Origin: Bacillota bacterium
GTDB lineage: Bacteria > Bacillota > Dehalobacteriia > UBA4068
Direction of reading: 5' to 3'
NCBI GenBank assembly: GCA_031553915.1
Contig: JAVBKT010000009.1
Location: 12,520 to 76,519 of the forward strand
Length of the DNA: 64,000 nucleotides
Shown here: piece by piece, positions 26,765-37,737 of the stretch
How the letters are laid out: each line of letters opens with the position of its first letter
Position numbering within the stretch: the first letter of the stretch is position 1
The notes under the pieces: model-generated
What the model saw: the letters and a program-made list of their open reading frames with translations, nothing else
Database searches by the model: none
Told to the model about the DNA's origin: nothing
Position numbers and translations under genes: made by a program

Positions 26765-28795
26765 TTAGATACCAATGGAACTGACAGCGGTGGCAATAGC
26801 TTTTGAGCTAAGGTGAATCTTCAGCCCGCCTCTGCCGGTAGTGATTTCTCTAATCACTTGAGAACTCACCCTGACCTCGCCCAAAGCGCCATGAAGCAGC
26901 GCCTCTTCCTTGGCTGCTTTTTGCGCCTCCTGTTCGGCGCAGGCCTCGGCATCCTCCAGCTCTTCAAAGCGATAGGTTGCTCCTTTGCCATAGACGCTAT
27001 AACCGGCTATGCCATTTTCATCATAGATGGGCATGAGTTCAACGGTATATTCAGCATAAAAATTGCCCAAAATAGCGCCCAGAGCATTGGCCACGCCGGA
27101 AAAGGGCGGGATAATCGCCTTGGTTCCCAGCAATTTTGCCACATCATCGAGAAAAATATGCGTAGGCGCGCCAACCCCGATCAAAGAAAAATCAGTTTTA
27201 AAGCCCATCTCCATAATTGCCGGACGATACTCTTCTTTAGCCATATCATAGCATTCTTTGATATATCTGATCATATCTTCGCTGATACCATCTTTAATAT
27301 AGCGCGTCTGCTCATTTTCCAGCATCACGCTCACTATATTCAAATACAGTTTTCTTTCAAATTCATCATAAGCAGCAGCGCACAGCTCGTCAACAGTAAG
27401 CCCTAAATTGGAAGCGACAAACGCTGCGCCATAAAGAGCGGCTTCTTTATCATATGCGGCAAAATCTCCGCGCAAATGCATAATATCCGTGGGCGTCAAG
27501 CCGCAGATCTGCACCACCTCATCCTTAATCAGACGATTGAGGCGTAGAGCATAAATATCGCGGTCAACTGCCGCGGCTAAAGCGCGCAAGCTGAGCGGGC
27601 CATTGTCCAAAGCCGCGCAAATCAGCTTCTCATCGTCAGTATAATTGGGGTTATCTGCAATGCTTTTAACCTGCAAATAGTGCTCATGCAAAAAATGCTT
27701 ATGCATAGAAATTCGCGAGAGCGCTTTCAGACTATCTTTCATCTGCGGATATTTCTGGGCGGCAAGAGAAAGCGGCATCACCCGGTACTCCTCAAGCACC
27801 AGCTTATTATCTTTATAATGAATGCAGCTATCGCCGCCCAAGCCAATAGTGCGCACATAAAGGCCTTTAACAAAAGTTTTCCACTTGCCGATATTAATGC
27901 CCTTTTCAGTACGCACAGGGTCGCCGTTTTTAACAATAGCAATATCCGTAGTGGTGCCGCCAATATCAACAATAACCGCATTCTTCTCATTAGTAAGGCC
28001 AACTGCGCCCATCACGCTGGCGGCTGGCCCGCTGATTAGCGTTTCTACCGGACGCTCATGAGAGAATTGTTCTGTCATCAGGCTGCCGTCACTGCGGACA
28101 ATAAATTTGGGGACATCAATGCCTCTTTGTTCCATGGATTGCTGTATTCCCGCCAAAAAGCCTTTGATCACCGGAAACAGCCGCGCATTGAGCAATGTGC
28201 TGGCTCCGCGCTGCAAGCAATTCAGCTCAGAAAAAAGCTCATAGCCGCAGACTACCGGAATATCCATATTCTTGGCAATAATCTCTTTGGCTGTTTTTTC
28301 CGCAGAGGCCCCATGCCACATCGAATTCAGCTCCACAATGCCGATGCCGTCTAGATTGGCAAAAAACCCTGCTTCAACATCTGCGGTAAACTTGTCCCAT
28401 TCTGGAACAGACAGGGTCGGATGATAATTATCCTCTAGATCCTCATTTTCCACTTCATGAAAGACAGGCAAATATATTTCCTCTAGCGCCGGCAAGCCAT
28501 AGGCGCTGCCATAGCTATCGATGACCTTGCTGTTGCCGCCAAAAAAAATCAGCCGCGCATGGCCGCCTTTGTTTTCAACGCAGGCATTGGTCGCCAGTGT
28601 TGTGGATAAAGCCAAAACAGTAGCCTGTTGCACCAGATCAGAGGGCAACCCATCTAATGCGCACAAAATGCCTGTGGAAAGATCATTTTTAGTGGTCAGC
28701 GCTTTGGCGCTGCTCAAAATTTTCGCTTGCGCAAAATCATATATTACAGCATCAGTATAGGTGCCGCCGGTATCAATGCCAATACCAATCTTCAT
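26765..28795 (-). CDS. Hydantoinase/oxoprolinase family protein
   Basis: The N-terminus MKIGIGIDTGGTYTDAV is typical of the hydantoinase_A / acetone-carboxylase-beta family. The start was chosen at the ATG after the AAGGGGA SD. Confidence 0.7.
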   Translation of the reverse strand: MKIGIGIDTGGTYTDAVIYDFAQAKILSSAKALTTKNDLSTGILCALDGLPSDLVQQATVLALSTTLATNACVENKGGHARLIFFGGNSKVIDSYGSAYGLPALEEIYLPVFHEVENEDLEDNYHPTLSVPEWDKFTADVEAGFFANLDGIGIVELNSMWHGASAEKTAKEIIAKNMDIPVVCGYELFSELNCLQRGASTLLNARLFPVIKGFLAGIQQSMEQRGIDVPKFIVRSDGSLMTEQFSHERPVETLISGPAASVMGAVGLTNEKNAVIVDIGGTTTDIAIVKNGDPVRTEKGINIGKWKTFVKGLYVRTIGLGGDSCIHYKDNKLVLEEYRVMPLSLAAQKYPQMKDSLKALSRISMHKHFLHEHYLQVKSIADNPNYTDDEKLICAALDNGPLSLRALAAAVDRDIYALRLNRLIKDEVVQICGLTPTDIMHLRGDFAAYDKEAALYGAAFVASNLGLTVDELCAAAYDEFERKLYLNIVSVMLENEQTRYIKDGISEDMIRYIKECYDMAKEEYRPAIMEMGFKTDFSLIGVGAPTHIFLDDVAKLLGTKAIIPPFSGVANALGAILGNFYAEYTVELMPIYDENGIAGYSVYGKGATYRFEELEDAEACAEQEAQKAAKEEALLHGALGEVRVSSQVIREITTGRGGLKIHLSSKAIATAVSSIGI

Positions 28796-28945
28796 TATTT
28801 GTCCCCTTTGTTTGCGTTTTTGTGCTGCTTGGCTGTGGGCAGAGATATGCCATATTGTTTCTGGTAAAAGACACCAGCTCCGCCTGCGCAATGCCAGCGT
28901 ACTGGTGTCTTATCTTGTCAGAAACACATGCCCAGGTAGGTTGCG

Positions 28946-29989
28946 TTATTTTTTGTATACCCCATAGGTTTTGGCAACCTCTACCATTTTATAAGCATAA
29001 TCCAGACTGGCATTGGCAGGAAATTCACAGCCGCTGGCCAGCATAAAGCCGCCACCCTTGGCCATAATATCAATATTATTTTTACATTCTTCTTCCCAGT
29101 CTTTCAGATCGCCGACAACAGTGGTGGCAGGACTGACACAACCAATCAACAAGATCTTATCACCATATTTCTCTTTGCACTCGGCAAAATCCTTGCAATC
29201 ATCAGGAGGGCAGGCAAAAGAAATGGCATTAGTGCCATAGCACTCGATTTGGGCGTCAAAATAAATTTTCTCGCCGCAATTATGGGTCATAGTCAGCACA
29301 CCACGGGCTTTATTGATCGCTGACAATTCCTTCATCAGCCCGCCTTCCATATCAATCCACATTTGCTTGCTCATAATAGAGCCGGAGGCAAACAAGGTAT
29401 CATACATAATAGCATCTGCGCCAGCATCACAAAGTGCGGCGGAATAGTCTTTCAGTGTTTCATTAACATTTTTCACCGCCGCTTTGACCGCATCCGGGTC
29501 ATCATAAAGATCCATATACATGTCTTGCTGGTTGCGCATCATCGAAAGAGTGCCCAAGGGGCCAAAAACAAAAGCGACAATGGGGACTTCTCCTTTGAAC
29601 CGCGCCACCAATTGTTTAATGACCTCCAGATGCATCATCATCCGTTTGCCCTGGCGGTAATCGACCTTTTTGATTTTGGCATAGTCTTCAATGTCCTGAA
29701 TAAGTAGGTTCTTGAAATTGGGTCTTGCCGCCTCGTCCTCAGGATAATCAACCTCCTGCCCCCAAGCCTCACATTCGACAGAGAGATCAATAAGGGTAAC
29801 GACACAATCCAGATCAAACTCTTCTACAGCTTTAATATAAGCGGCGGCACAGATATCTGCATTCTGGCTCCACTCGGGATAACTGGCTCCGACCAGACGA
29901 CGGGTTGCACCGGCCAGAATCGGGTATACTGGCACACGGTCTGCTTCTTCATTGCGCATTGCTGTCAAAACACGTTCCATAGCATTCAT
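28946..29989 (-). CDS. Uroporphyrinogen-decarboxylase (URO-D) family protein (MtaA/CmuA-like methyltransferase fold)
   Basis: About 347 aa with a URO-D-like TIM barrel pattern (RVPVYP…). The SD is GGAGG. Confidence 0.65.
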   Translation of the reverse strand: MNAMERVLTAMRNEEADRVPVYPILAGATRRLVGASYPEWSQNADICAAAYIKAVEEFDLDCVVTLIDLSVECEAWGQEVDYPEDEAARPNFKNLLIQDIEDYAKIKKVDYRQGKRMMMHLEVIKQLVARFKGEVPIVAFVFGPLGTLSMMRNQQDMYMDLYDDPDAVKAAVKNVNETLKDYSAALCDAGADAIMYDTLFASGSIMSKQMWIDMEGGLMKELSAINKARGVLTMTHNCGEKIYFDAQIECYGTNAISFACPPDDCKDFAECKEKYGDKILLIGCVSPATTVVGDLKDWEEECKNNIDIMAKGGGFMLASGCEFPANASLDYAYKMVEVAKTYGVYKK

Positions 29990-30635
29990 GTTGTTGCCTC
30001 CTTGGCATATTATTTTGTTTGCTCTTTGGCTTTGGAGCTTTCGGGTAGCCATTAGGGATGCGAATTCATGTGTCTCAGACGGCATCTGATCAAGCCGGAG
30101 CTAGTGCATTGCCCAGCTCAACCATCAATCCACCGGGATGTCGGCAGTTTTGGCTGAAAAACAGTGAGTAGATCTTGATGAAAAAATTGTTTTTCGTAGT
30201 ATATCTACGGGGAATACTTTTTTCATTAAGAGATGCCAGCGTTTTTCAGAACCTACCTGGCCTTTGCTTCACAAAGTCACAGGTAATGCACTAGCTTCGC
30301 GTCGCAAAACCACATGTGGTTCGAATTTCTAATGGCTAAAGCTCTTTTTAATTTTATACATATTTATCTTTTTATTATTTGACAATTAAGTAGTTTTTTG
30401 TAATTTTTTATACTTCTTAAATATTGATCAATATTTTACATAAAAAACATAATAAAATAAAAAAATTTATCTAATATTAATTCTTATATTAAAATATCAG
30501 ATAAACACATTTAATAATTAAATTAATTATAAATAATTACAAAAAATAAATAGCTCACATTTATATAAAAAAATATTTTTGTAATTATTTATAGTTTTAG
30601 AAAAAATTTTTGTACTATTAATTATGGTAAAATTT

Positions 30636-31205
30636 TTACCAAATTCCTTTTTGGCATAAATCAACTATAGTGATGCCTTGATCGACTTTTTGGCTAAAGG
30701 CATGGCAACAGCGGTCATATTCATCAAAAAGCTGCCTTGCCCTTTGCGGGTTAGCATATACCTTCCAATGTCCACGCAAAAGATAGTTTTGGCCCCGGTT
30801 GCGGGCAAAACCATAAAAATCAGCCAGCGGATAGCCCAAAAACAGCCCGATTTCATGAGGGAAATTAGCTTTAGCCTTAAACCTTTGGCGCAAATAAGCC
30901 AAATTAATATTAATTTCTCCTGTCCCGGGATAACCACAGCCGAGCAAAATAGCTTTAATCTGCCTGCTATTGATTATCTCACTTAATTGCTTTTGCCGAT
31001 AAACCAAAAGCAAAGCGTATTGCTCACACTGATAGATGATCTTGAAAAAAATATCTAGTTTGTTTAAATTTTTATTATAGATATCAACCAGGCTCACTAG
31101 ATCAGGATATTTTTGCCAATGGCAAGCCACCAGGTTAGCCGGTTTAAGCCCGGCCAAGGCAGGCGCACAAAAATGCGCCAATATTTGATCAAAGCTACGC
31201 GCCAT
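30636..31205 (-). CDS. DUF3793 family protein (paralog of 46394..46942)
   Basis: Shares LAxxCxPxL..KPA, FPHE(I/V)GLFLGYP.AD..GF and G.WKVY with the second copy. Confidence 0.7.
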   Translation of the reverse strand: MARSFDQILAHFCAPALAGLKPANLVACHWQKYPDLVSLVDIYNKNLNKLDIFFKIIYQCEQYALLLVYRQKQLSEIINSRQIKAILLGCGYPGTGEININLAYLRQRFKAKANFPHEIGLFLGYPLADFYGFARNRGQNYLLRGHWKVYANPQRARQLFDEYDRCCHAFSQKVDQGITIVDLCQKGIW

Positions 31206-31295
31206 CTCTTTTTCCCCACAAACTAAGCCTGCTTTGGCTTATTGTTTGAAGAAAAGCAGCGCGATATGCAGCAAAAATATACTCATTATTGACGG

Positions 31296-31331
31296 CGCCC
31301 ACAAAAAACCAGCAGCAAAATTTTGCTGCTG
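31296..31331 (-). terminator. Hairpin accagcagcaaaa / ttttgctgctggt with T-run
   Basis: 13-bp inverted repeat seen in the sequence. Confidence 0.5.
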
Positions 31332-31393
31332 GTTTTGCATCCTTTGCCTGTTTAAAGATCACGGCAAAGCCAGTTCTCTTTCACATTTGCTTA

Positions 31394-31753
31394 TTATATA
31401 ATAGCCGCTCCCAGCTGCCTTGCTTCTTCAAGAACGGGGTTACCGATAATATCACCGATTTCATTAACCCCGCCTGCCAAAACCTGGCCAATGTCCTTCC
31501 AGTTCAGCTGCTGCAAAATCTGTTGATAATGCTCTACTACATGAGAAAAACCGTGCCCTTCAGCTGCCATCATCAAGATGCACTCTTTAAGCGGATTGCG
31601 GTAATTAGGATTGCTTTCCGCCACCGCAAACAGACGATCAAAAGCACATTTAAGCTGGCCGCTAATGCTCCAATAATAAAGCGGAGAAGCCAGAACCACA
31701 ATATCCGCCTCTTGATAGGACGGGTATATCTCATCCATCCCAAAAAGCAGCAT
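31394..31753 (-). pseudogene. Flavodoxin-like-fold (NAD(P)H-dependent FMN reductase / WrbA-like) gene fragment with only the C-terminal part present
   Basis: 119 aa matching the C-terminal half of flavodoxin_2-type proteins (IVVLASPLYYWSISGQLKCAFDRL). A stop codon lies immediately upstream and there is no N-terminal FMN-binding loop. Confidence 0.45.
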
Positions 31754-32437
31754 CTATTGTTAATGTGTACTGTTGCTGACGCTATACAAGGCTTGCAAAC
31801 AATATATGATAATTTACTGATACTGGAAAAACATCTAGAAAATAGCGATATTGATAGCATGGAAAAACAATTTATTGCTTTGTCAAACCATAATTACACC
31901 GCAAAAGATTAACTATATAGTCTTAACAAATCTACTATTATCAATCAAGAGGCCAATTAAACACAAACCACCTCCCACTTACGTTTAGTAGAATAGATGT
32001 ACATCATTGCCACATTATTTCCAGAAACACTTGTTACCATAAAGAAAGAAGCCCCGGCGCTTGGCTGGGAGCTTCTTTCTTTATGCTGCTATCAACAGGC
32101 TAACATGAATGCTATGGAACAGTTCAAGTTCTTGATAGCAATGCGCAATAAAGGCAACCCGAATGCCTCTATCACCGGGAATTATTGGCATGATCAATAG
32201 TAAAAATTGCTATCTGATATTGACCACTTGTGGGCAAAAAATAGACAAAAAATTTTAACTAATTCGAGCTTATTATAACATAATTGCGGCTTGGGCAATA
32301 GTAGATTTGATCTAATTAAGCGCTTTGGCGCATTGACACTGCGGCCAAAAAAGGCGATAATATTTATTAACCAAGCTAAGCTGCAAACAAGCGAAATTTT
32401 CACGTCTGGCCAGAGCGCTGGCAGAAGAGGATGAAAA

Positions 32438-32905
32438 ATGAACGATTATAATTACAACTATAGCCCGCCAAAACCACAGTTGCAGGATGAGCTGGCTTAT
32501 GTGCAGAAAAATATTGACTATTATAACGGTCGCTGGGGTTCAGCCATGGGCTCCAGATATAAAGGCTGGAATTTTGTCTGCATGTTTTTTCCCTATGAGT
32601 GGATGTGCTACCGCAAAATGTATTTAGAAGCTTTCTTGTCATTTGCAGCAGTATTTGCCTTAAACTTTGCACTCTTTTTTATGCCCAGCGAGGTCTTTGT
32701 CTGGGCGATACGTTTGGCTTTTGGCGCAGTGGGCAATATGCTTTATTGGCGCAAAAGCCAACGGATGATTAAACGCACTGACGCTATGGACGACCAGGAT
32801 CGTCTGGAATTTTTGCAGGCAAAAGGCGGAACCAGTATCCCCGGCCTAGTTATCTGTGTAGCGCTGGAAATGGGCTATTTGTTTGTGATCTATTTTCTGC
32901 TTTAA
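32438..32905 (+). CDS. DUF2628-like small membrane protein
   Basis: 155 aa with a Tyr/Asn-rich N-terminus followed by two TM helices. Confidence 0.5.
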   Translation: MNDYNYNYSPPKPQLQDELAYVQKNIDYYNGRWGSAMGSRYKGWNFVCMFFPYEWMCYRKMYLEAFLSFAAVFALNFALFFMPSEVFVWAIRLAFGAVGNMLYWRKSQRMIKRTDAMDDQDRLEFLQAKGGTSIPGLVICVALEMGYLFVIYFLL

Positions 32906-32943
32906 CAATATTTGGGCTTGCTTGTCCATTTATCTACATATGC

Positions 32944-32976
32944 AAAAAAGGCCAAGCATGTTTGGCCTTTTTTGCA
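32944..32976. terminator. Bidirectional terminator (aaaaaaggccaa / ttggcctttttt)
   Basis: Perfect palindrome with poly-A and poly-T flanks. Confidence 0.75.
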
Positions 32977-33034
32977 TACGAGGGGAATTTTGAAGCTTTT
33001 TATACCATGAACACATTTAGAAGGAGGTCAATTA

Positions 33035-33511
33035 TTAGTCACTAAGAGCATTATCTATCAATAGCATCAACTCTAGTGCACTGCGAAAGCTGATTTCCAG
33101 ATTCTTGTCCATCCACACCAGGCTACCCTGCCAACTGGCATTTTTACGGAAAACAACTTTAACAGAAAAGGTTGCCAGCTTGCCACAAGGGATATTCACC
33201 TCAACATCCCTCTTGATGCCAGTCTCTGCGGCTTCCTTTTGGTCCAGATCAGAGCCAAAACCTCGTTTTTGAGAAAAGGCTTGCGGGTATCCTGTATCAT
33301 CCAGCAATTGTTCCTGCAAAAGAAGCAGTTGCATAGCATTATCAAAAGTTTTCTCTTTGGCATAATATGGATGATAAAACACGCCCGACAACCTTTTTTC
33401 ATCATAATTATTAATAGCCACAATACTGGGGCTACTGATGGTAGAAAAGGGTACGTTTGTCATAGGCTGTTTTTCCATAGAATTTGTGCATGCTAAGCCA
33501 AAACTTAACAT
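33035..33511 (-). CDS. Hypothetical protein
   Basis: 158-aa ORF with no recognisable motif. Confidence 0.35.
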   Translation of the reverse strand: MLSFGLACTNSMEKQPMTNVPFSTISSPSIVAINNYDEKRLSGVFYHPYYAKEKTFDNAMQLLLLQEQLLDDTGYPQAFSQKRGFGSDLDQKEAAETGIKRDVEVNIPCGKLATFSVKVVFRKNASWQGSLVWMDKNLEISFRSALELMLLIDNALSD

Positions 33512-34145
33512 CCTCCGATGTTATATAGTAGAACCTGATAATAATATTTTAGAAACAAATTTCTTTCTCTAAAATCAATTATACTAAACAAAAGTTACAT
33601 TAAAATTACATTTCGCATTTTTCTTTACATTTATTTAATAATTTTATAAAATATCACCAAGAATTCTCATTAACACACTAAGGGATCGCTCGACATAGTC
33701 CTAATTGCCGAACTTTATAATGGAGGTATTACCTGACTTAAGATATCATTGTCTATAAACACGGAGGTTATACATTAAGCGTTTGTATATAAGTATTATT
33801 TACTCAAATATTATAGTTAATTTTCCTTTGCAAAAAAATATTTAAAATTGCCAATCTGTCAAGAATATAAACACTATTGGCAATATGAACGGTGTTTTTG
33901 CAAAATTAAACCACTAGCAAAAATCTCTTAAAATAAAATCCATATTTTTATCTAATTCTTCAAAATAATTAATTATTAATATTTATTATCACTTAATCTT
34001 TACCAAACAGATATAGCTATGCTATAATTATAATAACTTTATTTTTACACATTTTTGGCAATAAAATTTATTGTCAATTTCATAGATAATGTATCTCAAA
34101 ACTGTGTTAATAAAATATCTCACTGCGTTTTATGGAGGTTTCGCA

Positions 34146-35921
34146 ATGGAGAAAACTTTTATCGCTATGTTTGGCAGCCTTGCGCTGCCAGTAATTGTTT
34201 GCGAAAACAACAAAGACTGGCCGGTGGTATATATGAACCCGCACGCCGGTTTACTTTTGGCCCCTACCTATTCAGTAAACAAACTGATTGGCGCTTCCGG
34301 CACTGATCATTTATATAGCATTGTTAATTTTATCAACAATAAAGACTATGATTTATTGCGGCAAATTGCCGCCAACAGCGGCTATATAGAGGATTTTCAT
34401 ACAGAGATTAATACCTTTGAGCAAAGCAAAATATCTGCAGCCTTATTCGGGGTCAATCTTACCGGTTCCGATGGTAAGGATTATTTTGTTTTATATGTTC
34501 TAAATAATAGCCAAGCAACACAAAATGAACATGAACACCAGGTCAGCGTGCTCCTGACTAATGCCTTTATGGCAGAGGATGTTGATCTGACCATTAATAA
34601 TGTTCTAAATATCGCCGGCCGCACAGCAGAAGTCAGCCGGGTGTATGTTTTTGAAGAAACCTCGCCGACCATGACCGCCAACACCTATGAATGGTGTGCG
34701 GCAAACATTGCGCCCGCTATTCAGGATTTACAAAACCTGCCCAAGGAAGACTACAATTTTGATGTTATCGTTAATTCCGGCATGTATATCACCGATGATG
34801 TGAGCCGCCTGCCTGCTGATGACCGAGAAATTTTGGAAATGCAGGGTATCAAATCTTTGGCTATTATCACTCTCTATGACAAAGGACATCCCTTTGGCTA
34901 TTGCGGTTTTGATGACTGCGAAAGGACGAGAAACTGGAGCAATGATGAAATTCAATATTTAAAAAGCATTTCCGCCCTGCTTTCGGCTTTGCTCATACGC
35001 AGAAATGCCGAGCGCCGTGTCACTGATACGCTGAATATTTTGCAGCTAATCTCCGACGCCTCTAAAGATATTATGTATGCCAATGATATTGAGGAATATA
35101 ATTTGCTCTTTGTTAACCGGGCCTTGGCCGAGAGCCTGGGCAAAACTCCGGAGCAACTGATCGGCAAAAAATGCTATCATATGCTGCATAAAAACCAGAC
35201 CGGCCCTTGCGATTTTTGCCCGATACCCAAGGTCAAATATGATGCTGAAAATCAACGCTCCGAGGCATATACCTGGGAGGTACATAATGATATTGTTGAT
35301 AAAACCTATTTGGCAACAGATACGCTTGTGCGCTGGACAGACGGGCGTCTGGTGCATACGGAAACTGCGGTGGATATTTCCCGCCGCATTGCCAATGAAC
35401 AACAACTGCGCTATTATGCCTCCACCGATGTCATGACCGGGATCAGTAACCGCGAATGGGGCGCTAATACTCTTACTGAAAAGCTGAGTACAAATGCTTG
35501 CGGCAGCTTAGTCTTCCTGGATATTGACGGGCTGAAAATGGTTAATGATACCTACGGACATGCGGCAGGCGACACTCTACTGAAAACTACTGTACAAATG
35601 GTGCTTGACCATGTTGGGGAGGAGGCTTTTTTCTGCCGCTGGGGCGGTGACGAGTTTTTGCTGTGGCTGCCGCAAGAGGTGAAGGCGGCACAAGCCATTA
35701 TTAATAATATCCTAGCTGCCATGCATACCTATAACCAAACCAATCATAACCCGTTTATTCTTTCTTTTAGCTATGGCATAGTGCCCTTTGCCCACACGGA
35801 GGGAAAGGCCAATCTTGACGCTTTGGTCACATCAGCTGACCAGCTGATGTATGCGCACAAGATGGACAAAAGGGGCCGCTTAAAAAGACGCAGAAGAGGC
35901 GATGCTCCGCAGCAATATTAG
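34146..35921 (+). CDS. Sensor diguanylate cyclase (N-terminal sensor region, PAS-like region, C-terminal GGDEF)
   Basis: RWGGDEF active-site motif and LDIDGLKMVNDTYGHAAGD. The start was chosen after the GGAGG SD. Confidence 0.85.
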   Translation: MEKTFIAMFGSLALPVIVCENNKDWPVVYMNPHAGLLLAPTYSVNKLIGASGTDHLYSIVNFINNKDYDLLRQIAANSGYIEDFHTEINTFEQSKISAALFGVNLTGSDGKDYFVLYVLNNSQATQNEHEHQVSVLLTNAFMAEDVDLTINNVLNIAGRTAEVSRVYVFEETSPTMTANTYEWCAANIAPAIQDLQNLPKEDYNFDVIVNSGMYITDDVSRLPADDREILEMQGIKSLAIITLYDKGHPFGYCGFDDCERTRNWSNDEIQYLKSISALLSALLIRRNAERRVTDTLNILQLISDASKDIMYANDIEEYNLLFVNRALAESLGKTPEQLIGKKCYHMLHKNQTGPCDFCPIPKVKYDAENQRSEAYTWEVHNDIVDKTYLATDTLVRWTDGRLVHTETAVDISRRIANEQQLRYYASTDVMTGISNREWGANTLTEKLSTNACGSLVFLDIDGLKMVNDTYGHAAGDTLLKTTVQMVLDHVGEEAFFCRWGGDEFLLWLPQEVKAAQAIINNILAAMHTYNQTNHNPFILSFSYGIVPFAHTEGKANLDALVTSADQLMYAHKMDKRGRLKRRRRGDAPQQY

Positions 35922-35950
35922 TTATCCCTTTCTGGCATAGTGATCGGATA

Positions 35951-35982
35951 AAAAACAGCTGTTAACTAACAGCTGTTTTTTA
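35951..35982. terminator. Bidirectional terminator (aaaaacagctgtta / taacagctgttttt)
   Basis: Palindrome with A and T runs. Confidence 0.75.
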
Positions 35983-36696
35983 TTGCTTATTTTTCTGTCC
36001 GATAATCCCGATGAAATTCATATATTGACCTGCTCCGGTATCCATAGCAATTTTATCATTTTTGGCATAAGGATTATCCGTTGCCAGCCAGTCATCCCAG
36101 GCCTGCGTGAAGCAATCCATCTCACGAAAGGCAAACTGGCTGGAGTGGTTAGCCACAAACATCTTTTTCCACCAGGCAATATCATGAAAGGTTTCCATAT
36201 CCTCAGCAGTCCAGGAAAGTAATATTTCCGCAGGCAGATGACCATGGATATCCTTTTTGAAGCCAGGGATAGCAATGGCCACCATACCGCCCGGGCGCAG
36301 CAAAGGTTCTATTTTTTCGGCATAGAAATGCTCTTCCCGGCCGAAATAGTGATAGCTGTCAATGCTAACAATCAGGTCAAAAGATTCCTTTTGATACGGC
36401 AAAGCTGCAGCATCAGCATGCACCGCAGTAATCAAATCAGCAACCTGCCATTGTTCAAATCTCCTCGCATTATCCTCTGCCGCTATCCACAAATCAGTAG
36501 CATGTATTTGCGCGCCAAATTCTTTAGCCAGGAAAAAAGAGGTCAATCCCTCGCCACAGCCTAAATCCATCACCGTCATCTCCGCTGTGATAGATAGATT
36601 TGCCGTTAATTCTTCCAGCAGCAACAGGGCATTTGGCCCCATCATATGTTTATTTAATAAGTCTTTAGCATATTTTTCTGTCCTTTGATACCGCAT
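35980..36696 (-). CDS. Class I SAM-dependent methyltransferase
   Basis: VMDLGCGEG glycine-rich SAM-binding motif I. Confidence 0.8.
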   Translation of the reverse strand: MRYQRTEKYAKDLLNKHMMGPNALLLLEELTANLSITAEMTVMDLGCGEGLTSFFLAKEFGAQIHATDLWIAAEDNARRFEQWQVADLITAVHADAAALPYQKESFDLIVSIDSYHYFGREEHFYAEKIEPLLRPGGMVAIAIPGFKKDIHGHLPAEILLSWTAEDMETFHDIAWWKKMFVANHSSQFAFREMDCFTQAWDDWLATDNPYAKNDKIAMDTGAGQYMNFIGIIGQKNKQ

Positions 36697-36759
36697 TGTT
36701 TTACTCCCTTCTTTTAGCCAGCCTCTTTATATATCGGCTTAAGCTTACAAAGGCTGTTT

Positions 36760-37626
36760 TTAGCCGGAACGGTAATGCAAGTAATCGAGAAAACGCTGCA
36801 TGGCCAAAGAGAGGGAATTACGGTCTTTCATCACCAGGCCGATTTCACGAAAAGCCGGAACATCCAGCTCCTTGGTGATAATCTTATACGGCGCTCTCTG
36901 CAGGATCAGCTGCGGCAAGATGCTAATACCCATTCCGCTTTCAACCATTGCCATAATGGCATAATCATCCCAAGTAGTAAAACGGATATCAGGGTTGATC
37001 TTATGCTGCTCAAAAACGGCGGCTATTTCACCCTTGGCGCTCTTTTCCATCAGCATAAAGGGATAATTTGCCAGCTCTTTGACCGGGAACTTTTCACAAG
37101 CGGCCAGCGGATGATTTTCCGGCAGAACTACCAGCAGGGGATCTTTCTCAATAAAAATATTCTCCAGCCGCGCATAGCCTGGCAAACGCAAAAACCCACA
37201 GTCTACTCTACCCTCGAGCGCCCATTGCTCAATCTCCAGATAATCACCAAGCAGCAGTTCAAACTCAATCCCCGGATAATCCGCGCTAAAAGCTTTAACG
37301 ATATTGGGCAGCCAATGTGTCGCAACACTGGAAAAAGTACCAATACGCAGCAAACCGCTGGCTAAACCCCTCAGCTCATCTACAGCTGTCAGCAAACGGG
37401 TATTTTTTTCGCAAACCTCTCTGACGAAGGGCAGCAGCTCTAGCCCATCAGAGGTAAGATGCACACCGCCAGGATTGCGCTTCAACAAAGAAACGCCCCA
37501 CTGCTCCTCCAAATCATTAATCATATGGCTGATGCCTGATTGGGTATAGCCGAGCATGTCTGCAGCTTTGGTAAAACTGCCCTGCTCTGAGGCTTTAATA
37601 AAAGCCAGATACTTGGCTATGCTCAT
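36760..37626 (-). CDS. LysR family transcriptional regulator
   Basis: N-terminal HTH FTKAADMLGYTQSGISHMINDLE plus a LysR substrate-binding domain. It is divergent from the DMT transporter gene. Confidence 0.9.
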   Translation of the reverse strand: MSIAKYLAFIKASEQGSFTKAADMLGYTQSGISHMINDLEEQWGVSLLKRNPGGVHLTSDGLELLPFVREVCEKNTRLLTAVDELRGLASGLLRIGTFSSVATHWLPNIVKAFSADYPGIEFELLLGDYLEIEQWALEGRVDCGFLRLPGYARLENIFIEKDPLLVVLPENHPLAACEKFPVKELANYPFMLMEKSAKGEIAAVFEQHKINPDIRFTTWDDYAIMAMVESGMGISILPQLILQRAPYKIITKELDVPAFREIGLVMKDRNSLSLAMQRFLDYLHYRSG

Positions 37627-37737
37627 ATTTGCTCCTTTGATGAATTTTTCTCATTATAAACATTAAAATAATTCTCTTTTATAATTATTGTCTTTATTGT
37701 AAACTAAAGATAGCCAAATAACAAGGGGGCTTTTGCC

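Noticed and set aside
31289-31912. 207-aa plus-strand ORF overlapping the flavodoxin-like fragment
   Set aside because: It is mostly antisense to the flavodoxin-fold ORF, with no motif support. Only its last roughly 50 codons lie in otherwise unassigned DNA, and this is insufficient to call a gene.
36775-37365. 196-aa plus-strand ORF
   Set aside because: Antisense to the strongly supported LysR regulator gene.
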